Shown piece by piece: positions 48,452 through 59,012 of a stretch of DNA of 64,000 nucleotides. Position 1 is the first letter of the stretch. Every line of letters starts with the position of its first letter. The notes beneath the pieces are model-generated. The model did not search any database. It saw only the letters and a list, made by a program, of their open reading frames with translations, and was not told the origin of the DNA. A program made the translations under genes and the position numbers. This DNA comes from Carboxydocellales bacterium (GTDB taxonomy: Bacteria; Bacillota; GCA-003054495; Carboxydocellales; JAJZTU01), in contig JBAQLS010000003.1 of assembly GCA_049302075.1 (NCBI GenBank), positions 176,561 through 240,560 on the forward strand. The letters run 5' to 3'.

Positions 48452-50335
48452 TTAAATCGAACCCTTTTGGGCTAAATGGGTATCGATATAAACCTCATAC
48501 TTGCCAGTCCCATAAAATTTAACTGGAATAACCACAGTTTCCCCACTTGGGTACTGCTGCTCGGAATCTATCCGTCCCTCGGGATCTTTGCTATCATAAA
48601 CTATTATCTTAATCTGGTGGGGTTGCCCATCTTCCGAAAGTTCAATCCGTAAAAGATAATCCTTTACTGCCGGTCCAGGCCCTTTACTGACCGTTACATT
48701 AATTGTACTACCTTCCTCAATATTCTGCTCCGCAGTAGCAGGAGGGTCCTGAAGTACTACCGTGCCGGGAAAATATTCCGTACTTTCCACTTCGCCAATT
48801 TTAGCCATTTTAAGGTTTGCGGCGGCTATAGCGTCCATGGCATCCCTTTCGGTCAGGCCGATTACATTAGGTACAGGTCGAAACTGAGGTGTAGGCCCTT
48901 TACTAACCACTAGGTTAATTTTTGTTCCTTGGGGTTTTTCCTTCTCCACCTCCGGATCGGGATTTTGTTCAATTACAATTCCCGCCGCTATTTTTTCATC
49001 ATTGCGGGTAGTAATTTTACCTAAAGCCATTTGGCTTTGGTTAATCAGTAACTGGGCCTCCTCCTGAGGCTTATTTTTTACCGCCGGTACTGGATATAGT
49101 TTAGGCCCTTGGCTAACCAGAACCCCTATTTCCCTACCTTCCTTAACGGTATTATTCGGATCAATATTTTGGTAAAAAATCTTCCCAGCCGGTTGTTTGT
49201 CGTTATTTTGGATCCCTAAAACGTTTAACACTAAATTAACTTTATTAAGTTCAGTTTTGGCTTCATCCTCTGTTAAGCCAACCATGTCGGGTACTTTAAC
49301 TTCCTGCTTGACAAATAGCGAACCCAGGCCAAAGAGGCCGCCAATAAGCAATCCTACAACCAGTAGTGCTGCCCCAATCCAAATCCAACGCCTTTTGGGG
49401 GCAGGCTTTTTGGCTTTTTCCCCAGCCGCAGCTAATTCTAATTCCTCGGTCGAGGACAAAATCATGGTAGGGCAATCCCCAACAGATATTAGCTTAGTGG
49501 CCTCGCTAATCTGCCCGGAAAGCACCGTCCTTAAGTCATTAGCCATTTCCCGAGCTGTCTGATAACGTCGTTCCGGGGACTTAGCCATCGCCCGCAGCAC
49601 CACCTGTTCCAGTTCCGGGGTAACCTTAGCATTTATACAGGAAGGTGGAATAGGCTCCTCCTGAATGTGTTTCATGGCCATAGCAATAGGACTGTCTCCG
49701 CTAAAGGGTAATTTCCCAGTTAACATTTCATAAAGCACAATTCCGACTGAATAAATATCTGAACGAAGCCCGCCAGGTTCACCTTTAGCCTGTTCAGGCG
49801 AGATATACTGGACAGAACCAATAATAGTTCCGGCCTGGGTAACGGTATCTGAGGAAACAGCTTTGGCAATCCCAAAGTCAGTAACCTTCACCCGTCCGCC
49901 TTTAGTTACTAAAATATTGTGGGGTTTAATATCCCGATGGACAATCCCCCGCTCATGGGCATGTTCCAAGCCCCCACAGATTTGGTGGGCATAATCCACT
50001 GCTACCTGAATGGGAAGTGGTCCCTGTTCCCGGATTAATTCCTTTAAGTTTTTGCCATCTATATATTCCATTACAATATAATGGATTCCAGCTTCTTCAC
50101 CAACATCATATACGCTCACGGTATTAGGGTGGGATAGACTGGCTACTGCCTGGGCTTCCCGGCGGAATCTTTCTACAAAGTCCTCATCACAGGTATACTG
50201 GGGACGCAGAATTTTAACTGTAACCTCCCTGTGCAGGCAGTTACAGCGAGCCCGGTAGACTAGGGCCATCCCTCCGCCACCTAATTGTTCCACAATCTCA
50301 TATCGTTTGCCCAATGTTTTTCCTAGAAAGTCCAT
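48452..50335 (-). CDS. prkC: Ser/Thr protein kinase with extracellular PASTA repeats
   Basis: Hanks kinase motifs (GGGGMALVY, HRDIKPHN, DFG), a single TM segment and repeated PASTA-like units. Confidence 0.93.
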   Translation of the reverse strand: MDFLGKTLGKRYEIVEQLGGGGMALVYRARCNCLHREVTVKILRPQYTCDEDFVERFRREAQAVASLSHPNTVSVYDVGEEAGIHYIVMEYIDGKNLKELIREQGPLPIQVAVDYAHQICGGLEHAHERGIVHRDIKPHNILVTKGGRVKVTDFGIAKAVSSDTVTQAGTIIGSVQYISPEQAKGEPGGLRSDIYSVGIVLYEMLTGKLPFSGDSPIAMAMKHIQEEPIPPSCINAKVTPELEQVVLRAMAKSPERRYQTAREMANDLRTVLSGQISEATKLISVGDCPTMILSSTEELELAAAGEKAKKPAPKRRWIWIGAALLVVGLLIGGLFGLGSLFVKQEVKVPDMVGLTEDEAKTELNKVNLVLNVLGIQNNDKQPAGKIFYQNIDPNNTVKEGREIGVLVSQGPKLYPVPAVKNKPQEEAQLLINQSQMALGKITTRNDEKIAAGIVIEQNPDPEVEKEKPQGTKINLVVSKGPTPQFRPVPNVIGLTERDAMDAIAAANLKMAKIGEVESTEYFPGTVVLQDPPATAEQNIEEGSTINVTVSKGPGPAVKDYLLRIELSEDGQPHQIKIIVYDSKDPEGRIDSEQQYPSGETVVIPVKFYGTGKYEVYIDTHLAQKGSI

Positions 50336-50376
50336 CCACGCCTCACCTCGTTTCCCTTAATGCTACGGCGTACTGC

Positions 50377-51093
50377 TTAGTCCACATCCACTAATACTAA
50401 GGAAATATTATCTGTCCCACCCTTTTCCAGTGCTTGGGCTAATAGGTCATCTCCCACCTTCTGTAGATGACCTTGTTGTAATATAGCTTTAATTTCTTCC
50501 TCTCGTAACAATCCGCTTAGCCCATCTGTACAAAAGAGCAGCCTGTCCCCGATGGCTAATTCTAGCTCCTGCAAGTCTGTCTCCACTTCCTGAGCAGTAC
50601 CTAAGGCCCGGGTAAGTACGTTACGCTGAGGATGCTGGAAGGCCTCTTCTTCAGAGATTCCCCCGTTTTGCACTAATTCAAACACTAGACTATGGTCGGT
50701 GGTTAACTGGGTAAAGGAATCCCCCCGCAGCAGGTAGGCTCTGCTGTCACCCACATGAGCCACCTGAAGTTTGCAGCCCTGAAATAGGCCTACAGTTATG
50801 GTGGTGCCCATCCCCTTAAAATGGGACTGGTGTTCAGCTTGAGTGTACACTCTCCGGTTAGCATCTTCCACCGCAGCCTGTAAAATAGCCTGTTCCTCCC
50901 CTTGTTTTCCAGCCCTGTGCTCCATATAGTATTCCACTAGGGCATGGACTGCTAAACTGCTGGCTACTTCGCCGGCCTGATGGCCACCCATTCCATCAGC
51001 AACACCAAACAAGCCTAGCTCTTCCTCCGCAATTAGGGCATCCTCATTTACTTTTCTAACTAACCCTATGTTCGTTAATTTATAAAACTTCAT
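50377..51093 (-). CDS. prpC: PP2C-family Ser/Thr phosphatase
   Basis: Motifs NEDA, DGMGGH, DGL and GGTDNIS. Start placed at the ATG at 51093 (MKFYKL). Confidence 0.9.
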   Translation of the reverse strand: MKFYKLTNIGLVRKVNEDALIAEEELGLFGVADGMGGHQAGEVASSLAVHALVEYYMEHRAGKQGEEQAILQAAVEDANRRVYTQAEHQSHFKGMGTTITVGLFQGCKLQVAHVGDSRAYLLRGDSFTQLTTDHSLVFELVQNGGISEEEAFQHPQRNVLTRALGTAQEVETDLQELELAIGDRLLFCTDGLSGLLREEEIKAILQQGHLQKVGDDLLAQALEKGGTDNISLVLVDVD

Positions 51094-51126
51094 AATCCAC
51101 CCCGCCAAGAAAACTCAATTAACCAC

Positions 51127-51531
51127 TCACCTTATCTGAAAATCTAACTCCGTCTTACCTAGTTTAATTTGGTCGCCAGAATTTAAGCGAGCCCGGTGAA
51201 TCCTTTTCCCGTTTACATAGGTTCCATTCAAACTACCTAAATCAGTTAGGATATATTCATCCTGTAAAAGCTCAATTTGAGCATGCAATCTAGAGATATT
51301 AGGATCATCCAAGAACACTTCATTGGTTTCCCGGCGACCTAAGTTCGCAATAGCCTTGCCTAACCGCAGCTTCATTCCCTTGGACTCTCCAGTTTTGATT
51401 ACTAATTCTGCCCTAATCCCTGGCAGGCTTTCGGCTTCCTTGAGCACCGGCCTGCCTAGAGAAAATACCTGCGTGTGTTCCGCTTCTGGTAGTTGCGCTT
51501 TGGTTTTAAAAATACGTGAAAACCAACTCAT
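51127..51531 (-). CDS. FHA-domain protein
   Basis: The C-terminal FHA pattern is GR....N...L.D..ISR.HA.I.......L.DLGS.NGT.VNG. Confidence 0.85.
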   Translation of the reverse strand: MSWFSRIFKTKAQLPEAEHTQVFSLGRPVLKEAESLPGIRAELVIKTGESKGMKLRLGKAIANLGRRETNEVFLDDPNISRLHAQIELLQDEYILTDLGSLNGTYVNGKRIHRARLNSGDQIKLGKTELDFQIR

Positions 51532-51547
51532 AGCAACCTCCTTTATC

Positions 51548-52603
51548 TCAAGTGGCTAAGCGACGACGAAGTTGGCCGCAGGCGGCGTCAATATCCGTCC
51601 CTAATTCCCGGCGCACCGTGGTCTCCATGCCATAGCTTTCCACAACTTTTTGAAAGGCCCGGACTTTTTCCAGGGAGGGCTTAGCAAACCCTTTACCCTC
51701 TACCGGGTTGACTGGAATCAAATTTACATGGCAGAGCAGTCCTTTGAGTAATCGGCCCAAGTTATGTGCCTCTTCCGAACTGTCATTTACCCCAGACATA
51801 ATGGCATACTCAAAAGTAATCCTACGCTTGGTGGTGGCAATATATGCCCCACAGGCCTGAAGTAGTACTGCTATGGGATACTTTCGGTTGATAGGCATTA
51901 TTTCATTCCTGACCTGATCTGTAGTGGCATGGAGAGATATGGAAAGGGTGATATCCAAATTTTCTAAGGCTAAGTCGTTTATTTTCGGCACCACACCACA
52001 AGTGGACAGGGTAATATGCCGCTGTCCGATGTTTAAACCTTCGGCATGATTAATCAAGCGGATAAATTCTAAAACCTGGGCATAGTTGTCCAGAGGTTCT
52101 CCCATGCCCATGATGACTACACTACTAACTCTGCTCCCAGCATCTTCTTGGGCTCGGACTACCTGGTCATAAATCTCCCAGGCTTCCAGGTTGCGTACCA
52201 TCCCTTCAGTAGTAGAGGCACAAAAGCCGCACCCCATTCTACAACCGACTTGGGTGGATACACAAACACTCAGGCCATAGTTATGCCGCATGAGTACACT
52301 TTCTATTGTTTCACCATCAGTGAGCTTAAAAAGATACTTAGTTGTCCCGTCCTGTAAGGACTGCTGTCTGGTCACTATTTTCAGGTTGCCTATCCAGGAG
52401 CGCTGTTCCAGCTTCTCCCGCAACGGCTTGCTTAAATTAGTCATTTGGCTAAACTCAGCAGCACCTTTCTGCCATAGCCACTGCCACACCTGGCGGGCTC
52501 GATATGCTGGTTCACCTAAATCCGCAATGAATTCAGTCAAAGCCCGGTTATTAAGGGTCTTTAAGTTAGTGCGTCCATCAGTACATAAAGCTTTTTCCAC
52601 CAT
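51548..52603 (-). CDS. rlmN: 23S rRNA/tRNA adenine-C2 methyltransferase, radical SAM
   Basis: CxxxCxxC (CRMGCGFC) and a conserved C-terminal Cys (AACGQL). Confidence 0.93.
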   Translation of the reverse strand: MVEKALCTDGRTNLKTLNNRALTEFIADLGEPAYRARQVWQWLWQKGAAEFSQMTNLSKPLREKLEQRSWIGNLKIVTRQQSLQDGTTKYLFKLTDGETIESVLMRHNYGLSVCVSTQVGCRMGCGFCASTTEGMVRNLEAWEIYDQVVRAQEDAGSRVSSVVIMGMGEPLDNYAQVLEFIRLINHAEGLNIGQRHITLSTCGVVPKINDLALENLDITLSISLHATTDQVRNEIMPINRKYPIAVLLQACGAYIATTKRRITFEYAIMSGVNDSSEEAHNLGRLLKGLLCHVNLIPVNPVEGKGFAKPSLEKVRAFQKVVESYGMETTVRRELGTDIDAACGQLRRRLAT

Positions 52604-54000
52604 TATAGTTTCCTTTCCCAGCGGGCTATAAAAAACCCATCAGTGCCGTGGAGATGAGGCATTAATTGGACATAGCCTTGGGTAGCAGTGATTAAATTAC
52701 CATTAGCCAGCAAGCTTTCCGGCAAGAACGGGGTTAAATCAGTTAGCTGAAACCGGGGGTAATTAAGGGAAAAATTCTGCATCACTTGGTGATTTTCCTC
52801 CTTGGTGATAGTACAGGTACTATATACTAACGCCCCACCTGGCTTAACGCACTCAGCGGCCTTGGCTAAAAGTTGTTGCTGCAGATTCGCTAGTTCCTGT
52901 ATTTGGGCAATATCTTTGCGCCAGCGAATTTCTGGCCTTCTTCTTAAAACCCCTAAGCCGGAACAAGGGGCATCCACCAGCACACAGTCGGCTTGCTCCG
53001 CCCACTGCCCAGGTAACTCCCTAGCATCTAAAGCTTGGATTTTTACTATCTTAACACCAAGTCGACGGCAGTTTTCCTCTACTAAATTTAATTTATGAGG
53101 ATGAATATCCAAAGCAATAATTTCTCCCTGATTACCCATTAACTCTGCCAAATGAGTGGTCTTGCCTCCTGGAGCGCTGCAAGCATCTATTACTGCAGCT
53201 CCCGCCTGGGGGTTTAGCACCCTAGCTGCCAGCATGGAACTCTCATCCTGCACTTGAAACAGTCCCTTCCGAAAGCTGTCCAGTCTGGTTAAAGCAAACA
53301 AGTCCCGTACTACCAAGCCCTCCGCCGCATAAGCAGTTGGGGATATTTCCATGCCCTCTGCGGTCAAAATCTCAGTCAGCTGTTCCCGGCTAAGCTTCAG
53401 GGTGTTGGTCCGCACCGTCAAAGGAGGAACCTCATTATTGGCCCGGCATAAGGCTATGGTTTCTTCCGTCCCCAGCTCCTTAAGCCATTTTTCCACCATC
53501 CAGCGGGGATGGGAGTAAGTTACCGTCAAGTGCTGGACTACATCCGGTTTCAGCCCGGGATATTCGATATTTTGGAGATTACGTTCAATATTACGCAGCA
53601 CCCCGTTTACTAAACCTGCAGTGCCTTGATGACCATAGATTTTGGCTAGATTAACCCCTTCATTGCAGGCTGCAGAAACGGGTATCCGATCCATCAGCAG
53701 CAACTGGTAGGAACCTAAGCGTAAAATTTCCCTAATCCAGGGATCCAGCTTGTCCAGCGGGCGGCTGAGAAATCGGCCTAACACCCAATCTAGCTTGCCC
53801 CGCCATTTTAGCGTACCATAAACCAGCTCTGTAGCAAGACCCCGGTCTAATTTATTTAAATTTGTTCCCTCTATGGTACGGTTCAGGGCTATATTCGCAT
53901 AGGCTCCTTCCTCTTCCACAGCATGGAGAACCTGCAAAGCAACCTCTCGAGCACTGGCCGGTTTTTTTTGCTTGCCAATAATAGAGCTTTTTGCATTCAT
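52603..54000 (-). CDS. rsmB: 16S rRNA m5C967 methyltransferase
   Basis: NusB-like N-terminal domain, a SAM motif (DACSAPGGKT) and catalytic PC/TC motifs (DAPCSG, YSTCT). Confidence 0.92.
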   Translation of the reverse strand: MNAKSSIIGKQKKPASAREVALQVLHAVEEEGAYANIALNRTIEGTNLNKLDRGLATELVYGTLKWRGKLDWVLGRFLSRPLDKLDPWIREILRLGSYQLLLMDRIPVSAACNEGVNLAKIYGHQGTAGLVNGVLRNIERNLQNIEYPGLKPDVVQHLTVTYSHPRWMVEKWLKELGTEETIALCRANNEVPPLTVRTNTLKLSREQLTEILTAEGMEISPTAYAAEGLVVRDLFALTRLDSFRKGLFQVQDESSMLAARVLNPQAGAAVIDACSAPGGKTTHLAELMGNQGEIIALDIHPHKLNLVEENCRRLGVKIVKIQALDARELPGQWAEQADCVLVDAPCSGLGVLRRRPEIRWRKDIAQIQELANLQQQLLAKAAECVKPGGALVYSTCTITKEENHQVMQNFSLNYPRFQLTDLTPFLPESLLANGNLITATQGYVQLMPHLHGTDGFFIARWERKL

Positions 54001-54030
54001 GTGCTAAGGACTCCTTTTAATTTTTCTAGG

Positions 54031-54807
54031 TTATTGTGTACCCAGAAAAAATTCAATAGCTTTTTTTACTCGCTGCTCGTCCACCCAGGTATCCTTGCAA
54101 GGCCCATGGGGTCGACTATTAAAAACTCCTAAAACCGGGAGGGGGTTACTGTCTTGAATTCCGCTGGTTAAATCCCGTTCACAGGCAATAGCCACAACCG
54201 CTCTAGGCTGGTACTCACTAATAAATTTTCGGGCTAACGTTCCCCCGGTAGCCACCGCCACCTTCACCCCATACTGAGCTTCCAGACCTAACAACCTGTC
54301 CACCGAACACCCCCCACAGTGTTGGCAATTATGGATATTAGCAGTTATCTTATGGAGGCAGTCATTCATCTGTAGGCAATGAGGGGCTAGCACCAGTATT
54401 TCCGAAGCTTGGCAGGTGATCTTTTCCGAGCGGACTAACTGGTTGTTTACCTCAATAAAAGAACTGCGAATTTTTGCCTTGCTAAAACCCACTACCTGGC
54501 CCAATGGAACTGCTAGCGGAAACAACAAATTAATTGCCACCCGCATGAAGTTTTGTAAACCAGGTACTGTCCGAGCCTGCCAGAGGGTAATAATCACTCC
54601 ACAAATACCAAAACCCACCACCAGCAGGAAGGTGATTATTACCCCTAGTAGTAGATAGAGCAACGACTTTTCCAGTAGAAAACCACGGTGAGTAAAGAGA
54701 TACCACATTAAGCCCATTAACCCCACTAACACTAACATACTTGCTGTTAGCAAGCCTACAAATAACCGCTTTTTAGGTTTTAGGGGGTCGAACAGGGTAA
54801 TTTCCAT
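54031..54807 (-). CDS. DUF116 family membrane protein
   Basis: N-terminal TM segments and a Cys-rich C-terminal domain (CQHCGGC). Lies between fmt and rsmB. Start placed at the ATG at 54807 behind GGAG. Confidence 0.65.
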   Translation of the reverse strand: MEITLFDPLKPKKRLFVGLLTASMLVLVGLMGLMWYLFTHRGFLLEKSLLYLLLGVIITFLLVVGFGICGVIITLWQARTVPGLQNFMRVAINLLFPLAVPLGQVVGFSKAKIRSSFIEVNNQLVRSEKITCQASEILVLAPHCLQMNDCLHKITANIHNCQHCGGCSVDRLLGLEAQYGVKVAVATGGTLARKFISEYQPRAVVAIACERDLTSGIQDSNPLPVLGVFNSRPHGPCKDTWVDEQRVKKAIEFFLGTQ

Positions 54808-54808
54808 T

Positions 54809-55801
54809 TCATTCTCCTTTTCCCAAGCGGGTGCCCACACTAATATTATGTCCTCTTATAAACTCCTCCACCCTTAACCTGCGGCTTCCCTGGAGCTGAA
54901 TTTCCTGAAGTAACAATTGACCTTGTCCGGTCTGGACCACCAGGCCTCTTTCTGGAATTACTTTTAGTACTTTACCAGTATCCTTGGCGACTTCTTCCCC
55001 GCCAAAATCTGCTACACCAACATTTACTACGCTGGCCTCCCTTTCCGGGGTCCATACTTCTGCTTTCCAGACCTTCAAAACTTTTTCTTCCCAAAGAGTG
55101 TAAGCTCCCGGCCAGGGATTCATGCCTCTAATTTGGTTCCAAAGCTGTTCAGCTCCCCGGCCCCAGTCAATTAGTTCATGCTCCCGTCGGAGCATTTCAG
55201 CATAGGTAGCTTTACTGTTGTCCTGGGGTGTACGAGGTGCCTGTCCTAGCTTAATGCCCTCAATTGTTTTCAGCAGTAATTGTGCTCCAACTTCCGCTAA
55301 TTTATCATGGATAGTGCCGACAGTATCTTCAGGGGTAATGGTTATGGGCTGACCTAAAATCATATCTCCCGTGTCCAGTCCTTGATCCATAAACATCGTA
55401 GTAACACCTGTTGTTTTTTCCCCGTTCAGCACCGCGCGGTGAATAGGAGCGGCCCCCCGGTAGTTAGGCAGTAATGAAGCATGGACATTGACACACCCAT
55501 AGGGAGGTAAGTTTAAAATTTCCGGGGACAATAGCTGACCAAAGGCAACCACCACAATTAGCTCAGGCTGGATACCCTTTAGCAGGCTGACAAACTCCGG
55601 AGTCCTAATGCACTCCGGCTGATATACCGGTATCCCGTACTCAGTTGCTTTAACCTTAACCGGCGAAGGGGTCAACTGCTTCCCCCGCCCCTTAGGGCGA
55701 TCCGGCTGGGTAATAACCCCCAATATTTCCTCACCGCTCTTAACTAAGGCCTCTAGGCAAGGTACAGCAAAATCCGGTGTTCCCATAAAGATTATCCGCA
55801 T
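54809..55801 (-). CDS. fmt: Methionyl-tRNA formyltransferase
   Basis: MRIIFMGTPDFAVP N-terminus and the HASLLP..RGAAP motif. Confidence 0.95.
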   Translation of the reverse strand: MRIIFMGTPDFAVPCLEALVKSGEEILGVITQPDRPKGRGKQLTPSPVKVKATEYGIPVYQPECIRTPEFVSLLKGIQPELIVVVAFGQLLSPEILNLPPYGCVNVHASLLPNYRGAAPIHRAVLNGEKTTGVTTMFMDQGLDTGDMILGQPITITPEDTVGTIHDKLAEVGAQLLLKTIEGIKLGQAPRTPQDNSKATYAEMLRREHELIDWGRGAEQLWNQIRGMNPWPGAYTLWEEKVLKVWKAEVWTPEREASVVNVGVADFGGEEVAKDTGKVLKVIPERGLVVQTGQGQLLLQEIQLQGSRRLRVEEFIRGHNISVGTRLGKGE

Positions 55802-55812
55802 TTGGCAACCCC

Positions 55813-56268
55813 CTATTTATTTCTCACCACATTCGTCGCCTTATCTACGAACAAAATTCCTTCCAAGTGGTCAATTTCATGTTGCAAGGCCCGGGCTAAC
55901 AAGGCCTCACCCTCAATGGTTTGTTGTTGTCCAGCTCGATTTAAGTACTTAACAACAACCTTATTAGCTCTAGTCACTTCGCCCGCCATTCCGGGAATGC
56001 TTAGACAGCCTTCGGTGTCAGTTTGTTCACCTGCTTGTTCCAGAATTTCCGGATTAATCAACTCAATTAAACCTTGTCCTGCATCTATTACAATTACCCG
56101 TTTAGAAATGCCAATTTGGGGCGCAGCCAAACCTACCCCCTCGGCAGCATACATAGTGTCGGCCATGTTATGTAGTAGTTTAAGAATGTTAGCACTTATT
56201 TTAGGTACCGGTTTAGCAACTTCCTTTAAGACGGGGTCGCCAATCTTTACAATTTCAAAAACAGCCAC
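55813..56268 (-). CDS. def: Peptide deformylase
   Basis: Motifs GVGLAAPQIG, EGCLS and QHEIDH. The GTG at 56268, behind AAGGAGG, is preferred over the track start at 56298. Confidence 0.93.
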   Translation of the reverse strand: MAVFEIVKIGDPVLKEVAKPVPKISANILKLLHNMADTMYAAEGVGLAAPQIGISKRVIVIDAGQGLIELINPEILEQAGEQTDTEGCLSIPGMAGEVTRANKVVVKYLNRAGQQQTIEGEALLARALQHEIDHLEGILFVDKATNVVRNK

Positions 56269-56361
56269 CGTAAAGACCTCCTTAAATGTTGGTATCATCC
56301 ATAGTAGTTATGTCGACGCAGTCGATTTTCTTGCTTTGGTCCATTCCCTTATATAGTATAA

Positions 56362-58872
56362 CTACATCATCGCCTGAGGTTCCACATCCACGCTAATTTG
56401 CACTTCACCAGGGGTCGGGCTGTTCCAGGCAGTTAGACCCTGTTTAACCACTGCTAATAGTGTTGCCGTTTCTGGGCCTTTCAAAGCCAAATGCCAGCGA
56501 AAACGGCTGCGAATGCGGGACAGGGGAGCGGGAGCGGGACCTAACAGTTGGTACTCCTCAGCACCTTCTGCCAATATAGATCGAAACACCCCGGCCAGTC
56601 CTTGGGCTTCTCGAATTAGTTTTTGCTCGTCTTTGGCGGTGAAAATTACTCGAATCAGTGTACAAAAAGGAGGGTAGTCCAACGTCTCTCTTAACTCAAT
56701 TTCTTCCTCATAGAAGCTGCTGTAATCATGTTTTTGGGCATTTATAATACTATAGTGTTCTGGGGAGTAGGTTTGGACCACCACTTCGCCTAACTTTTGA
56801 CCCCTTCCGGCTCTGCCGGCAACCTGAGTAAGCAGTTGGAAGGTGCGTTCACCAGAGCGAAAATCCGGAATATTTAAGGATGTATCCGCACTAATTACCC
56901 CTACCAAGGTAACATTGGGGTAATCCAAACCTTTAGCAATCATCTGAGTCCCCACTAGCACGTCCGCCTCGCCTTGCTCAAAGGCGGTTAAAATAGCCTC
57001 ATGCGCCCCCTTACGGGTAGTAGTGTCCACATCCATACGTAACACCCTGGCCTGGGGGAAAACCCTGGTTAACTCCTCCTCAACCCGTTGGGTACCCGCC
57101 CCGAAATAGCGAATATATTTACTGGCACATTTGGGACAGACCAGGGGATTAGCCTCCTGGTAGTCACAATAGTGGCAACGCAACTGCTGGCGGGGGGAAT
57201 GATAAGTAAGCGCAATATCACAGTCTGGGCATTTTAAAACTAAACCACACTCCCGGCAAACCACAAAAGTGGAAAAACCCCGGCGATTGAGAAATAAAAT
57301 AACCTGTTCCTGCTTTTCTAAACGCTGTTGAATCTGACTGGCTAATAAATCACTGAAAATGGAGCGGTTACCCTCCTGTAACTCCCGGCGCATATCTACT
57401 ACAGTTACTACCGGAAGTGGCCGGTTATCCACCCGCTCTGCTAAAGTTATTAAGCGATAAGTGCCTGTTTGGGCTTGATGATAGGTCTCTACTGCCGGCG
57501 TGGCGCTGCCTAGCAGCACCACCCCCCCCTCCAGTTCAGCCCTTTTTAGGGCCACTGACCTGGCATGATAGCGGGGTTTTTCGTCTTGCTTATATGAACT
57601 TTCATGTTCTTCATCAATTATAATTAACCCTAGTTTATCAAAGGGAGCAAATATTGCTGAACGGGCTCCTACTACAACTTCCACTTGATTTTCTTTAATT
57701 CGGCGCCATTCATCATATCTTTCCCCTAGGGACAATCTGCTATGTAAAACTGCCACTTTCCGGCCAAATCGAGACTTAAACCTGGCCACCATTTGGGGGG
57801 TTAGGGAAATCTCTGGCACCAAGACAATAGCTTGGCGGCCTAAATCCAGACAACGGGCTATAGCTTGTAAATAAATTTCCGTTTTCCCGCTCCCGGTAAC
57901 CCCGTGTACCAAGAAAACCTTAGCTATGTCCTGGATTTCGCCCAGCTTTAGCTGCTCCAAGGTAGTATAGATACTTTCTAAGGCCAGCTGTTGTTCAAAT
58001 GTTGGCAGAAGTGCCACTGAAGGTTGAAAATCCCTTCCTGCGTAGGGATCGCGCAGCATTTCTTCCTGGTAAACTTCCAGCAGCCCTTTTTGAGCCAGGT
58101 TTTGCACTGTGGCGGTAGTAGTACCAGCCGAGGCAGCAGTTTCGGACAATGTTAAGCCAGCGGTCCGGGCAACTGTGGCTAGCACAGCCGCTTGTTTGGC
58201 CGCTCGAGCTCCTAAACTGGCCAGTTTTTCATTTAGTTTATCCAGGGGAAACAACAGCCGAACTGCTGTCCGGGTTTTCTTCTGAACCCGGGAACTTAAC
58301 AGCGTTCCTACCCGGATAAACCCAAGCTGTTTAAGCTTGGCCAAGGTTACCGAGGCTTTGGCGGCACCAATTTGACGTCCTACAACCCCAGTCTCTACCT
58401 CACCACCGTGGTCCTCTAATAGTTCCATAATTTTTTCAGATAGCTCATCCAGTTGCTGTGCCTCCGGTTCAGCTAGCCACTGGGCAGCGAGGGGAGTAAG
58501 GGTAATTATTTTTTTCCCCTGCACCTTTATTCCGGTGGGCATAATACACTGCAGGGCCTGGACGTAACTACACAGATAATGTTCGGCCATCCACTCAGCT
58601 AACTTAAGCATGGCCGGGGTAAAGATAGGCTCTGCATCTAGAGCTCGGATAATTGTTTTCAGCTCTAGCTTGCTCACCGCCTGGACATCTTCCGCAGTAC
58701 CACAACCTGTTACATAGCCCTCAATTGTCCTTGGCCCAAAGGGAACTAAAACTCTCATCCCTAAAAGGTTAGTTGCGCTTAGCTCGGACGGTATCCGGTA
58801 GGTAAAGGCTCTGTCCAGCTTTGGGCTGGAAATATCCACATAGACCTGAGCATACTCAGCACCGCTGGTCAT
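56362..58872 (-). CDS. priA: Primosomal replication restart helicase PriA
   Basis: 836 aa with Walker A GVTGSGKTE, DEEH, and the Cys-rich zinc insertion (CRECG..CPDC..CHYC..CPKC). Confidence 0.95.
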   Translation of the reverse strand: MTSGAEYAQVYVDISSPKLDRAFTYRIPSELSATNLLGMRVLVPFGPRTIEGYVTGCGTAEDVQAVSKLELKTIIRALDAEPIFTPAMLKLAEWMAEHYLCSYVQALQCIMPTGIKVQGKKIITLTPLAAQWLAEPEAQQLDELSEKIMELLEDHGGEVETGVVGRQIGAAKASVTLAKLKQLGFIRVGTLLSSRVQKKTRTAVRLLFPLDKLNEKLASLGARAAKQAAVLATVARTAGLTLSETAASAGTTTATVQNLAQKGLLEVYQEEMLRDPYAGRDFQPSVALLPTFEQQLALESIYTTLEQLKLGEIQDIAKVFLVHGVTGSGKTEIYLQAIARCLDLGRQAIVLVPEISLTPQMVARFKSRFGRKVAVLHSRLSLGERYDEWRRIKENQVEVVVGARSAIFAPFDKLGLIIIDEEHESSYKQDEKPRYHARSVALKRAELEGGVVLLGSATPAVETYHQAQTGTYRLITLAERVDNRPLPVVTVVDMRRELQEGNRSIFSDLLASQIQQRLEKQEQVILFLNRRGFSTFVVCRECGLVLKCPDCDIALTYHSPRQQLRCHYCDYQEANPLVCPKCASKYIRYFGAGTQRVEEELTRVFPQARVLRMDVDTTTRKGAHEAILTAFEQGEADVLVGTQMIAKGLDYPNVTLVGVISADTSLNIPDFRSGERTFQLLTQVAGRAGRGQKLGEVVVQTYSPEHYSIINAQKHDYSSFYEEEIELRETLDYPPFCTLIRVIFTAKDEQKLIREAQGLAGVFRSILAEGAEEYQLLGPAPAPLSRIRSRFRWHLALKGPETATLLAVVKQGLTAWNSPTPGEVQISVDVEPQAMM

Positions 58873-59012
58873 TATTTAACCTCCATAAAAAACACAATGG
58901 ATTTTCGGATATAATTATATCAGATTTATGGACACAAGAAAATCGACTGCGTAGACTTACTTCCATGGTAGTCGATTTTCTCGTACACTGGGAACGAAAA
59001 AACCCAGAGGTT

